This document shows positions 49,006-62,954 of a stretch of 64,000 bases of DNA, in pieces. Position 1 is the first letter of the stretch. Each line of letters starts with the position of its first letter. The stretch spans positions 8,494,001 to 8,558,000 of the forward strand of contig OX597816.1 of NCBI GenBank assembly GCA_951406725.2, read 5' to 3'. The DNA comes from Octopus vulgaris (taxonomy: Eukaryota). The notes under the pieces were generated by a model, which saw only the letters and a program-made list of their open reading frames with translations, did not search any database and was not told where the DNA came from. The translations under genes and the position numbers were made by a program.

Positions 49006-50744
49006 TTTTTAAATGCTTTTCCTATTTATTTAGCTGTTGAATATAGGTAAAGGCAATTGCTCCAGGTTAATAAAAATATCTGAGAACCAATATTAAATAT
49101 TTGCTTGGTCACATAATACCATAAGGGGGTGAGCAGGCGGAACTGTTAGCACCCCAGGAAAAATGCCGAGCAGCATTTCAACTGTCTTTATATTCATCTT
49201 CATCATCATCATAATTTAATGTCTGTTGTCCATTTTGGCATGGGTTGGACAGTTTGACTGGGCAGGCATGCTGGAAGTCTTCAGTCTGATTTGGCATGGG
49301 TTGGACGGTTTGACCAAGGCTGGTAAGCTGGAAGGTTGCACCAGATTCCAGTCTGATTTGGCATGGTTTTCTACAGCTAGATGCCCTTCTAGTGCCAATC
49401 ACTTTACGTGCCACCAGCATGGGTGTCACTTGAATGACACCAGTATCTTCCACGACTGCGACTTTGCTCGGCTTGATTGGTCTTCTTCTCAAGCAGGACA
49501 TAATGCCCAAGGTCTTGGTTCAAACTTAGACAGCATTGAAAGAAATATTTAAGAGAACAACATTAATAATTTTTACCATTGTGCTTGAGAAGAAGACCCA
49601 TCAAGCTGAGCAAAATCGTAGTCGTAGCAGTTACCGGTGTCACACAAATGGCACCCGTGCTGGTGGTGCATAAAAGCATCCATTCCACTCTCAGAGTGGT
49701 TGGCACTAGAATATCATTGACAGTGACTTCGAAGTTTTGGCCAGTTAAACCATCGTCAGAGTTAGATGGAAAAAGACTCAGTGTTAAGAAGGGCATCCAG
49801 CTGTAGAAAACCATGCCAGATCAGACTGGAGCCTGGTGCAACCTTCCAGCTTACCAGCCTTGGTCAAACCCTCCAATCCATGCCAGCATGGAAAACGGAC
49901 GTTAAATGTTGATGATGGTATGACATTGTACCATCATTTCTCGGTGAGAGACATTTTCGAATTTAGATATTATTTATTATATTTATCTTATCGTTTTTTA
50001 AAAATAATTCTAGTAATTAATTTCATTGGTACCTTTTTTCTGGTGCAAGTACTTGAGAGTGAATGAAGAAGCCTCTATATGACCACTCAAACTACTGCAT
50101 GTTCAGTGACTATCTAATAATAGGAGGGGCCTTCAGAAATTCTGGGTTGGCGTCTGGTATGCTGGAAGACCACTGGGAGTGAGGCATCCCTTAGCTTTTG
50201 TTAAAGCATGTCTCTGGAACCTGTTTCAAACTCAGCCTGTGTGTGCTTTAATCATTGGAAGTGATTTGGTTAATGGTCCCTCTGCGACGGTCGACAATCG
50301 TAACAAGATGAGCTGCTACAGATCAACTCTATCCCAAAGTGTATATGCATGTGACTGGGGACTACATGTGAACTTGTGCTCCCACTGAAACCCCCAGACA
50401 TGAACTACTCATTGGTTGGAGCCAGCTCAGCCCATCCCAGGTGAACTCCTCTGCTTTCTAAAGCAACAACTTTAGAATGAAGTTACAAGAAGGTAAAAAG
50501 CAATTCATTTTCCTGGCTTGTCTTCCAATCTCCTGTTGAGGTGAAACACCTGAGATGATGAATTAGTGAGAAATTTTATTTTTAGGACAGCAACTAACAA
50601 CAACAACAACAACAACAGTTGCAAGAGAGAAACACTTGGAACAGATTCTGTTACTCAAATATTTGCTGTTCTTCATGAAGATTTGGTCATTGGGTTTTTT
50701 TTCTTCTTTTTGTAATGAGTTGTTTCTGTATCTATCTTATACCA

Positions 50745-51196
50745 GCTGCACTTGTGGCTGGGCGGTTAAGATGTTTGCTTGCTAACCACATGGTTTTGGG
50801 TTCAGCCCCATTGTTTGGCACCTTGGTCAAGTGTCTTCTACTACAGGTTTTGGTAGTCCAACCAAAGCCTTGAGGGTAGATTTGGTTGATGAAAACTGAA
50901 AAAAAGCCCCTGATATACATGTATGTGTGTGTGTGTGTAAATATTTGTACATATATGTGTGTGTGTGTACCTCTTTGTATTGATACTGTTGTAAATGAGT
51001 GTCACTATCATACAAGCAGTATCGTTCATTTCCAGTCTTGCACTAAAACATGTCTGGCCATGGGGAAATATTACCTTACTTAGAAACAGGCAAGGATTGG
51101 TGGCAGGAAAGGCATCCAGCTGTAGAAAATCCACGCTAGTAAACTCTGACCAACCCATGCAAGCATAGAAAAGCAGATGTTAAAATGATGATGATG
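50745..51196 (+). mobile_element. SINE with family-B tRNA head and RTE-type (GAT)n tail
   Basis: Head like 24093; ends ggcatccagctgtagaaa...gatgttaaaatgatgatgatga like the RTE 3' end. Confidence 0.65.
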
Positions 51197-51628
51197 ATTT
51201 CATATCTAATTTCATTGGAATATTTTTATCATGAACACACCACCTTCCGTTCCCTACACATTTGGAGGATGGGAAATGAAAAGGGGAAATATATATAAAT
51301 GGCTGAATTTATATATAGATATATAAACGGCTAGTAACTGTTCCAAGTATCAGATCCAACTTCTTCCAGTTTTCTTGTGATTAAATTAACCATTCTTACA
51401 AATCTTTACCAGCTGTCTGGTTTGCATTTTCTACCTTGCATCTCACTTTACTAATGCGTTTGTAAAAAAAGTGTGTGTGTTTGCTTCTTCCATGCTTTTA
51501 AATATTGTCTGAACTGAATTTTCTGTATGCTGCCATAAGTTTCTCTCTGTGTTTTTCAACAGAAGATACCTGCTTACATTAGTAATTTATAAACATAAGA
51601 AATACTATCTGTGTGTGTGTGTGTGTGT

Positions 51629-51920
51629 GGAGGCGCAATGGCCCAGTGGTTAGGGCAGTGGACTCGCAGTTGTAGGATCACAGTTTCAATTCCCAGACCG
51701 GGCGTTGTGAGTGTTTATTGAGCGAAAACACCTAAAGTTCCATGAGGGGTGGTGGCGATCCCTGCTGTACTCTTTTGCCACAACTTTCTCTCACTCTTTC
51801 TTCTGTTGGCCTGCTCGCTTAGACAGCAGGGTGGCGTTATTTGAAGGCTAATACAACGTGAAGCGCATTGTGACCAGCGATGTGTAGCAACATCTGATAG
51901 CCTGGTCGGTCACGGTGATC
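51629..51920 (+). mobile_element. tRNA-derived SINE family E
   Basis: ggaggcgcaaTGGCCCAGTGGttagg A box, degenerate B box gtttcaattccc, non-tRNA body. Confidence 0.6.
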
Positions 51921-51923
51921 ACA

Positions 51924-51965
<42 letters not shown>

Positions 51966-53236
51966 GATAGATAGATAGATAGATAGACAGATTTATAATT
52001 ATATATAAAATATATACTCTTTTTACTCTTTTACTTGTTTCAGTCATTTGACTGCGGCCATGCTGGAGCACCGCCTTTAGTTGAGCAAATCGACCCCGGG
52101 ACTTATTTTTTGTAAGCCCAGTACTTATTTTATCGGTCTCTTTTGCCGAACCGCTAAGTGACGGGGACGTAAACACACCAGCATAGGTTGTCAAACAATG
52201 CTAGAGGGACAAACACAGACACACAAACATATACACACACACTTATATATATATATATATATATATACGACAGGCTTCTTTCAGTTTCCGTCTACCAAAT
52301 CCACTCACAAGGCATTGGTTGGCCCAAGGCTATAGAAGAAGACACTTGCCCAAGATGCCATGCAGTGGGACTGAACCCGGAATCATGTGGTTGGTAGGCA
52401 AGCTACTTACCACACAGCTACTCCTGCGCCTATATAATGCATAACGAATGAAGGGTACTTGGAACAAGTACCAACATGCTAGTAATAAAAGTGAAAAAGA
52501 CTCTAAACCACCGATTTCACTCTATTGCACCAGGTGAATGCGAGGAAATGAGGAAAAAAATTTAGCCTACCTTTTGACAGATAAATAGATAATTCCATAT
52601 CAATCGGTCTCAGGCTCTGTAATTAATACTCAGGCCTCATCAGTGAGATTCACCATGATTAGTACATATATATATGAATATATATACATACATATGCATA
52701 GATATGCATAGATACATTCACATACATATACATGAGACGAATCAATTCACCCAACTCACCTTGTGCTTCTCGATCAAATACTTCTGTAGTGAAATATAAT
52801 GATCGGAGTATACATATATATACTCTTTTACTTGTTTCAGTCATTTGACTGTGGCCATGCTGGAACACCGCCTTTAGTTGAGCAAATCGACCCCGGGACT
52901 TATTCTTTGTAAGCCCAGTACTTATTCCATCGGTTTCTTTTGCCGAACCGCTAAGTGACGGGGACGTAAACACACCAGCATCAGTTGTCAAGCAATGCAA
53001 GGGGGACAAACACACACACACATACATATATATATATACATATATATGACAGGCTTCTTTCAGTTTCCGTCTACCAAATCCACTCACAAGGCATTGGTCG
53101 GCCCGGGGCTATAGTAGAACACTTGCCCAAGATGCCACGCAGTGGGACTGAACCCGGAACCATGTGGTTTGTAGGCAAGCTACTTACCACACAGCCACTC
53201 CTGCTGTATATATATATACATATATATATATATATA

Positions 53237-53789
53237 CGAGCAAAATGCCCCCCTCCCCCCCGTCCAATGGACGGTGCTGAATATCTGCTGAATAAAAAGC
53301 AATCAGTGTTTTCCTTTTATTAAAAAATAATTAAGCCTTTATTTCAATAAAATTTTTGGTTTTGTTAAACAAAGTTAAGGCAAAAAAAAGAAAAACTTCT
53401 TGAGAAACCAAATAGTCTTTCCTTCCTTCATGGCAAGTTTGAAGAAAATATCTCTTTTGCATCTTACTTTTTTGGTCTCTTAAATATTCTGCATTTTGTG
53501 GCATTATTTCAAGCCAGCCAACTTTTTTTGCGCAAACTGCACGTGCATTTTTCTTGCGTACGTGTAGTATCGATTGCAACAGCTGATGTACTTGCGTGTA
53601 CAAATGCACTTTCTCACGGCCTTGTCGATCGCATTCTCACCTGGAATCGATTTTTGTAATCTTTTCAAGACTTATACATGCCCTGATACCCTTGGTATCT
53701 ACATATCAAATTTGAGCACAATCGGATGGAGGATGCCCGAGATCCTAGAAGACACACAGACAGACAGAACAGATTTTATATAATATAGA
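53237..53789 (-). mobile_element. Helitron-like non-autonomous element
   Basis: - strand starts A|TCTATATTATATAAAA + (TCTG)n; hairpin ccgtcca-a-tggacgg ~25 nt from a CTCG|T end; flanked by (TA)n. Confidence 0.55.
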
Positions 53790-54012
53790 TATATATTCTT
53801 CTATTCTTTTACTTGTTCCAGTCATTTGACTCTGGTCATGCTGGAGCACCACCTTTAGTCGAAGAAATCAACCCCAAGTCTTATTCTTTGTAAGCCTAGT
53901 ACTTATTCTATTGGTCTCTTTTGCTGAACTGTTAAGTGACAGGGGCATAAACACACCAACATTAATTGTCAGGTGGTGGTGGTGGTGGTGGAGGACAATC
54001 ACGGACACACAA

Positions 54013-54062
<50 letters not shown>

Positions 54063-54069
<7 letters not shown>

Positions 54070-54420
54070 AGAGTAACCACTGTGTGGTTGACTCTAGCAC
54101 TAAAAATAGATCCGCTAGGTTTCAGCCACGAAGAATTGTTTCCGATGAAAGTAAGCACGACTATTAGCGTAAAAGAATAGGGCAAATAAAAATAACAAAA
54201 ATGCAGATTAGTTCAGGACAATTGTTTCGCTCTTAATAAATTATGTAATTTTACTAGCGGATCTATTTTTAGTGCTAGAGTCGACCACACAGTGGTTACT
54301 CTCTTATATTTATGTATAAAATTTATCGTAATCCAGGTTTTTATGCACTAAGCCACTTGGTGTTAAATGGATGTACTATTAAATTAGTATCCAATTTGCT
54401 CACCCTTATTAGTTGATTTT
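54063..54420. mobile_element. Penelope-like remnant with 56-bp inverted repeat
   Basis: Arms 54063-54118 and 54254-54309, one mismatch; half hammerhead GAAAC-AATT-GTC on - strand (54217-54228); flanked by TA. Confidence 0.55.
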
Positions 54421-54424
54421 ATAT

Positions 54425-54457
<33 letters not shown>

Positions 54458-56783
54458 GTTTAACGTCCGTTCTCCATGCTAGCATGGGTTGGACGGTTCG
54501 ACCGGGGATCTGGGAAGCCAGAAGGCTGCACCAGGCTCCAGTCTAATCTGGCAATGTTTCTACAGCTGGATGCCCTTCCTAACGCCAACCACTCCGTGAG
54601 TGTAGTGGGTGCTTTTTACGTGCCACCTGCACAGGTGCCAGTCGAGGCTGGCAACGGCCACGGTCGGATTGGTGTATTTTATGTGCCACCGGCACGGAAG
54701 CCAGTCGAGGCGGTGCTGGCATCGGCCACGAGTCGGATAGTGCTTTTTACATACCACCAGACCAGGGATCCTGGCTGGTTCAATTCGATTTCGATTTCGA
54801 TTTATATATATATATATACATATATACGACAGGCTTCTTTCAGTTTCCATCTACCAAATTCACTCATAAGGCTTTGGTCGGCCCAAGGCTATAGTAGAAG
54901 ACACTTGCCCAAGGTGCAATGCAGTGGGATTGAACCCGGAACCATGTGGTTGGGAAGCAAGGCATAAAACTTAGTGGTTACGTTATTTGGCCGATGATCA
55001 TAAGCTTGTGGGTTTGGTTCTTGGTGATGCATTGTACCCTTGAGCAAGGCACTTTATTTCCCATTGTTCCAATCCACTGGATTTTCAAAGGACCAGCCTT
55101 GTCACATTCTGTGTCACGCTGAATTACCCTGAGAGCTATGTTAAGGGTGCACATGTCTGTGGAGTATTCAGCCACTTGTATGTTAATTTCACAAGCAGGC
55201 TGTTCCATTGATTGGATCTACTGGAACTGTCATCGCTGTAACTGACCAAGTGTCAGTTTTAGTTATACACTTGACCACCTGCGAATATTGCACGTGCTAC
55301 ATAAAAATGCCTTTGTAATATTTAATAAGAATTTAATAAAAAATAATTAAAATTTATGGTTACTCACCAATAATGAATGATATTGACAGACGTTAAATGA
55401 TGATGATGTGTATATCATTATCATCACTTAACGTCCGTTTTCCATGCTAGCATGGGTTGGACAGTTCGACCAGGGTCTGGTAAGCCATGGAGGCTGCACC
55501 AGGCTCTAGTCTGATTTGGCAGTGTTTCCGCTTTCCATGCTAGCATGGGTTGGACGAATGGCTGAGGGCTGGCGAACCAGATGGCTGCACCAGGCTCCAA
55601 TCTTGATCTGGCAGACTTTCTACAGCTGGATGCCCTTCCTAACACTAACCACTCCGTGAGTGTAGTGGGTGTTTTTTACGTGCCACCGGCACAGGGGCCA
55701 GAGCAGGCTGGCAAACGGCCACGATCGGTTGGTGCTTTTACGTGTCACCAACACGGACGCCAGTCAGGTGGCGCTGGCTCTCACCCTGTTTTCATCTATC
55801 ACATCCACTCACAAAGCTTTGGTCAATCTGGGGCTATTGCAGAAGACCCTTTCCCAAAGTACCATGCAGTAGGACTAAACCCCAATCTGCATGGTTGCAT
55901 GACGATCTTCTTAACCACACACTCATACCTAGGATTTAAAAAAACGTTTTATTGTCCCATCAGAGACGAAAAGCAGTTGAATCTAGCCGGATTTGAACTC
56001 AGAAAATACAGAGACTGTAATTGTATGAGACGTGTATGAGATCTGTAGCTCTGTGACCCCTACCATCTCCCATGTGTATCAGAATTATTGACAAGTCTAT
56101 GATGGTTTTTTATATTTGTTAACTTCGTTTCTGATATTCAATATTGCTGCTTTCAAATAGACTTTTATCGTTGGCAAGTGGACATGTAAGATCATATCTC
56201 TTTGCTATCGTTAGTAACAACATAAACAAGCAAATCGTTTGTTGTTTTCAGAGCAGACGTTCGATCAAAGATCTAATTCTAATGTTTTTAAATATGCCGT
56301 CATAGATATGTATCGTGTGATACCTTTAGCTTTTGGAAGAGGCTTATAAATGAAAACACTGTCTTTCATTGAGTGAATGAAGGCTGGTGAGTCATCACAT
56401 TGTGCACGGAGATTTTTGTTTAACTGTCTTCAGTAATATGATACAGAGGCGTCTGGAAGGGAGAGAGGGAAGAGTTTCGAAAATCAAAAAGACAATAGGT
56501 TCAGCTTAAGCTGTCTTCCAGACATTCTTTAATAATAACAAACAAACAGAGTAGAATTTAAGAAAGATCATATGTCTATATGCAGGAGTGGCTGTGTGGT
56601 AAGTAGCTTGTTTACCAACCACATGGTTCCGGGTTCAATCCCACTGCGTGGCACCTTGGCCAAGTGTCTTCTACTATAGCCTCGGGCCGACCAAAGCCTT
56701 GTGAGTGGATTTGGCAGACGGAAACTGAATGAAGCCCGTCGTATATATGTATGTATGTATGTATGTATATATATATATATGTA

Positions 56784-56839
<56 letters not shown>

Positions 56840-57838
56840 TGTGTGTGTTTACGTGTCTGTGTTTGTTCCCCTAGTATTGCTTGACAACCGATGCTGGTGT
56901 GTTTATGTCCCCGTTACTTAGCGTTACTTAGAAATTAACGTTAGTGGTTTATCAATAACTTCCATTACATTTTTAAAGAATTAACTGATTAATGGTTATC
57001 GATGCTAACTTTTTAATCAATGGATTAAAAATTAACCCGGGGCTATTATTACAAAACACTTGTCCAATATGCCACACAATGGGACCGAACCTGAAAGCAC
57101 GTGGTTGCGAAGTGAACTTCTTCGAATTCCATTCCTTAATTATTCCTAGATGTAGAAGTGGAGTGAAGGAGAGATCAACCGAGGCAATTAAAACTACAAA
57201 CAGACCGCAACTATAATGTAACGATGCTTGCAGTAGAGTTTCTATTTTCTGACCTATATCTTACCAATTTACCTACCACACCTCTAATAATTGGTGAACG
57301 AGTTGTTATACAACTAAACAAACTGTGACCTAAACCAGAGATGTAAGCTGCTTAGCATACGGAGCCATGGCCCACTCATTTTTTTCTTCCTTTTTTTCTC
57401 GTGTTTTCATCTTATTTTCTTTTATCTCCATCTCTTTTTACATTTTTTCTTGCTATTTTTGTTATTTTCATACATTTTGTTTCGCTCTTGGCCAACCTGC
57501 AGGTTTGGTTATGTGGCTGAGAAGCTTGGGCAAGTTCCTTCTTCTGCAGCTCCAGGCCAGCCAAGGCTTTGTGAGTGGATTTGGTAGATGGAAACGGTAA
57601 AGAGCCAGTCGTATATGTTTGTGCATGTGTGTGTATGTGTTCTTTTACTTGCTTCAGTCATTTGACTGCGGCCATGCTGGAGCACCACCTTTAGTCGAAC
57701 AAATGGACCCCAGGACTTATTCTTTGTAAGCCTAGTACTTATTCTATCAGTCTCTTATGGCCGAACCACCAAGTTACAAGGACGTAAACACAACATCGGT
57801 TGTCAAGTGATGGTGGGGAAACAAACACAGACACACAA

Positions 57839-57880
<42 letters not shown>

Positions 57881-58797
57881 GACAGGCTTCTTTCAGTTTC
57901 TGTCTACCAAAACCACTCACAAGGCTTTGGTCGGCCTGAGGCTATAGTAAAAGACACTCGCCCAAGGTGCCATGCAGTGGGACTGAACCTGGAACCATGT
58001 TGTTGGGAAGCAAGCTTCTTACCACACAGCCACGCCTGTGTATATATATTTCTTTAGTACCCACAAGGGGCTAAACATAGAGGGGACAAACAAACGGATT
58101 AAGTCGATTTTGTCGATCCCAGTGCGAAACTGGTACTTTATTTATCGACCCCGAAAGGGATGAAAGGCAAAGTCGACCTCGGTGGAATTTGAACTCAGAA
58201 CGTAACGACAGGCGAAATACCGCAACGCATTTCGCCCGGCGTGCTAACGTTTCTGCCAACTCGCCGCCTTGTGTATATAGATATGCATCCACATTAATAC
58301 TTTGACAGTATTAATTACTTCTTAATAAGCCCCCTATTTGCAACACCCGTGTACCTGAATAGACACAGATATTCTATAAATCATTGACAAGAGATTCCAC
58401 TGTTAGGTTGTTACTGGACATCTGTCAACAAAGTATTTCTCTGTTCTAATGCAACATCTTTGTTAAGACACAGAAGTCAAGATTACCTTTTGGTGTTGCT
58501 ATTCTTTTTTACATATATACATACATATGTGTATGTGTGTGTGTGTGTACAGGGGGATTCAAAAGTCTCCCTGTAGCCCCCTTCAGTCAAATGGGGGGAT
58601 CTTTGTCTTGCTGGCTGCATAACAACCTTAGCAGTGTTGGTGCATGCAAAGAAGCACCCAGTGCACTCTGTACAGTGTTTGGTGTTAGGAAAGGCACAGA
58701 GACAGTGTTAAAGCAGACATTGGAGGCCTTTATGCAGTCTTTGAACCTGTTCCATCCTGTCAAACCATACAACCCATGCCACCATGCAACATGCACC

Positions 58798-59028
58798 TTA
58801 ACCCTTTCAACCCAGAACTTTTTCTCAAGAATTTTTTCTCAGGTCAGTAATGGCAAGGGGTTTGTATGCATGCGAGCCTTTTCAGCTCATCATACATCTG
58901 GCGCTACATACATACCAGAAAAACCGCAGTGGTACTATACTGCATTACATAGAGTGGGAATTTCAAAGATTTGGGTTGTAAAATGTTTGACGGGTACAAA
59001 TATGTACCAGCCAGGTTGAAAGGGTTAA
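58798..59028. mobile_element. piggyBac-type MITE, third family
   Basis: TTAA|CCCTTTCAACC...GGTTGAAAGGG|TTAA. Confidence 0.8.
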
Positions 59029-59521
59029 ATGACAACAGCGACAATTGTAAGGTCGAGCATTTATATTGATTTTGAAGGTTTCTAGTTGTTTTTTTGTTGA
59101 TGACTATTGAGAGTGTGAGTGACAAACCTGTTTCTTTGATGTGTGTGTCTTGTGTGTATCTTTGTACTATTGTTGAGAGAAACTAGGTTATGTTGACTGT
59201 TTTGAAAACTGATCCTAAGATCAAGCGAGGGGGAAAAAACTGACAACACCTGCCCATTGTAGATTAGCTTGTTCACAGACAGCAGTGAACTGTACCTCTT
59301 TGATTTGTACCTGTTTATATCTCAGGGGCTTGTTGATGGTGACAAAAGATGGAAATTGATGCACCTGTGCCAGCACTCTCCATCCGCTTGTATAATTGTC
59401 TTCACATCTCTTTTGTTTACAATTGTTTATTGGAGAAAATATTGACTTTTGCTCAGATGATGTTTATGGTGAAACAAGGAAATGAATTTGTGCACATACA
59501 CATTCAGCTGCTCACTAACTT

Positions 59522-59556
<35 letters not shown>

Positions 59557-59743
59557 TAAACATAATATAGATATCACTGTGTGGTAAGAAGTTTCTTTCC
59601 AAACTACATGGCATTGAGTTCAGTTCCACTACACAGCATCTTGGGCAAGTGTCTTCTTTTCTTGCATAGCTGCAGGCTGGTCAAGACCTTTTAAGTGAAT
59701 TAAGTAGATGGGAACTGAGATAAACCTATTGTATATGCAATTA

Positions 59744-60178
59744 TCATCATCATCATCATCGTTTAACGTCCGTTTTCCATGCTGGCATGGTTTGGATAGT
59801 TCAACTGGGGTCTAGGAAGCCAGGAGGTCGCACCAAGCTCCAGTCTGATCTGGCAGTGTTTCTACAGCTGGATGTCCTTCCTAATGCCAACCACTCCGAG
59901 AGTGTAGTGCGTGCTTTTTATGTGCCACTGGCACAGGGACCAGAAGAGGCTGGCAATGACCACAATCAGTTGGTGCTTTTTATGTGCCACTGGCACGGAA
60001 GACAGTCAAAGCGGCGCTGGCATCGGCCACATTTGGATGGTGCTTTTTACGTGCCACCGGCACAAGGATCACAACTACAATTTCTATTTGATTTTGATTT
60101 GATGTCCTTGACTCAACAGGTCTCCTCAAGCACAGCATGTCACCCTACAATCCAAGGTACTTTTGAGTGGGCTGGGGT
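59744..60178 (-). mobile_element. RTE 3'-end copy
   Basis: Colinear with 29161-29605 of the longer RTE. Confidence 0.82.
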
Positions 60179-62186
60179 TCTAAAGAAATAAAACAAAAAA
60201 GACAAAGACGGGTGTGTAAACAACAAGCAGATGTATTAGTTTAATGCTCAGGAAGTAAGAAAGTCTTTTACATTTCGAGCCTATGCTCTTCAACAGAAAG
60301 GAACAGGAATAAGCAGAGAGAGAAAAATAGATATATGTAAAAATGTATGCAACTTCATCCTCATATACACATAGGTCGTTACATGTATACACATAGCATA
60401 ATACATATATATTTAGACATTTATACGTATACTCTTTTTACTCTTTACCCATTTACTTGTTTCAGTCATTTGACTGCGGCCATGCTGGAGCACCGCCTTT
60501 AGTCGAGCAAATCGACCCCGGGACTTATTCTTTGTAAGCCCAGTACTTATTTTATCGGTCTCTTTTGCCGAACCGCTAAGTGACGGGGACGTAAACACAC
60601 CAGCATCGGTTGTCAAGGAATGCTAGGGAGACAAACACAGATACACAAACACATACATATATATGACAGGCTTCTTTCAGTTTCCGTCTACCAAATCCAC
60701 TCACAAGGCATTGGTTGGCCCGGGGCTATAGCAGAAGATACTTTGCCCAAGATACCACGCAGTGGAACTGAACCCGGAACCATGTGGTTGGTTAGCAAGC
60801 TACTTACCACACAGCCACTCCTGCGCCTGTTTATTTTTTAAATTTATTTATTTGAATATTTATTTTCTGTTTATTATTTTGACAAGCAGTTTTGTATACT
60901 TTAGTATGTGTGTGTCATAACAAGTATTCAATATAACATTGTTTTGTCTGCTTCTCTGTCTCTCTCTCTCTCTCTCTCTTAATTGATGTAACTCTTCTTC
61001 ACTCTTTCTTTCATTAATTAATTCACTTGTCATTCCTCATTGAAAACTCTTGTGTTCATTCTGTCTTTCTCAATTCTGTCTTCATTCAATTCAACTATGG
61101 TTTAAATGTTCATAAACACTTTGAAAAAAAATTTGAAATAATTTATGCTGTGTTAAAAGATTTAAATATTATCAGATCCAGACAAAGCTCACAACTGTGT
61201 AGCAACATTGTCTCTTTGCTAAATCTTATAAATTTGCTTCAATACAATCATTTGCTCTGCAGTTATCTCCATCTGTGTTGCTTCTGTTGAATCTTCTTTC
61301 GATTTTGGTCTCCTTAAACATTAGATCAAATGTATACATACATACATAGGTGCAGGAGTGGCTGTGTGGTAAGTAGCTTGCTTACCAACCACATGGTTCC
61401 GGGTTCAGTCCCATTGCATGGCACCTTGGGAAAGTGTCTTCTACTATAGCCTTAGGCCAACCAAAGCCTTGTGAGTGGATTTGGTAGATGGAAACTGAAA
61501 GAAGCCTATCGTGTATATGTATATATATGTGTGTCTGTGTTTGTTCCCCCAACCCAACAACCGATGCTAGTGTGTTTATGTCCCCGTAATTTAGTGGTTC
61601 AGCAAAGGAGACCGATAGAATAAGTACTAGGCTTACAAAGAATAAGTCCTGGGGTCGATTTGCTTGACTAAAGGTGGTGCTCCAGCATGGCCGCAGTCAA
61701 ATGACTGAAACAAGTAAAAGAGTAAAGAGAGGGTACATACATACACCAAACACACACACATCACTTATGCTGGTGACATGTGTAATGCACTGGTGCTGGT
61801 GTAAATAGCACCCAGTACACTCTGTAAAGTGTGGTTGGCATCAGGAAGAGCATCCAGCTGTAGATACTATTCCAAAACAGACAACTGGAGCCAGCCTGGT
61901 GCAGCTCTTTGGCTTACCAGCTCCTGTCAAACTGTCCAACCCATACCAGCATGGAAAACAAACGATGAATAATGACGAGGACACCCCCATCATTTAATGT
62001 CCATTAAATTGCACAGGTGGTATATGCATTTGATGCATATGAAAATGTGAGCTGTATAAAGAAGTACTAAGCACTCAAAGTGGACGAATTGCCTTGGAGA
62101 TGTAGACTTACAAAGAAATCAGAGAAAGGGAGAGAGATGAAGACTAATTTTAACAGCATGGGAACTAAATTATACTCAGTTGTGTG

Positions 62187-62463
62187 CAGGGTGTGGAGTT
62201 GAAACAAAGAGTTTCGACTCTGACTCGACTCTGATTCCTGTACTATTGGTACCTCCGACTCCGATTTTGACTCCAACTCCTCTTTATGTAATTAAGTGAT
62301 TGTGGTCTACATATCTTATAAAGCATATGCATATGCTTGTACTTTGAGGAGGTCTGTATGTTACAACTGGTTTCTATTAAAGAATAAAGATATTGCGAGT
62401 CGGAGTCAGTATAGTTTTACCGACTCTGACTCCCCCTTAATTGTTTCCGACTCCACAGTCCTG
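62187..62463. mobile_element. hAT-type MITE with GGAGTC repeats
   Basis: CAGGGTGTGGAGT...ACTCCACAGTCCTG ends; 8-bp flanks gttgtgtg/gttctgtg (7/8). Confidence 0.75.
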
Positions 62464-62954
62464 GTTCTGTGCTTGGGCATTTAAGATACAGGAACTGAAT
62501 TAACTTGCTTTCGACAGTGGGGTACTTAAGGAAATTCTCCACACTTCATATAATGTAATAAGGACATTTTATTTTTTGGCCAATAGAAAGAGGTTGTTAG
62601 AACTGATTTGCATATGATTAGCATATTATATCTGAATGGTTGAATGCAAGAATTTAACATAACGAGGGTAAAGATGTTGAGTCACATGAAGGATGATTGT
62701 TCACACACAGGGAAGTAGGAAATGCTTCCACCCCTGTGTAAGTGTGGCAAAAAGGAGCATTAAAAATGTGATATGATAGAGGCTTGACTGTATTAATATA
62801 TATTTGGGGGTCTGCTAACCATTAAGTTCCTATTAAGAGTTCATCTGCTTTTCCCACCTCTACCCTATCACTTTCTGTCACTCGCCCTTATTCCTATTTG
62901 TCACCCAGTAACGGAGGATGAACATTAGATCCAGTTATATCCAGTTGTCTCATC

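Noticed and set aside
59326-59480. Candidate second exon after an acceptor-like ctcag
   Set aside because: Immediate stop in the phase required by the 33.5 kb exon; no good donor
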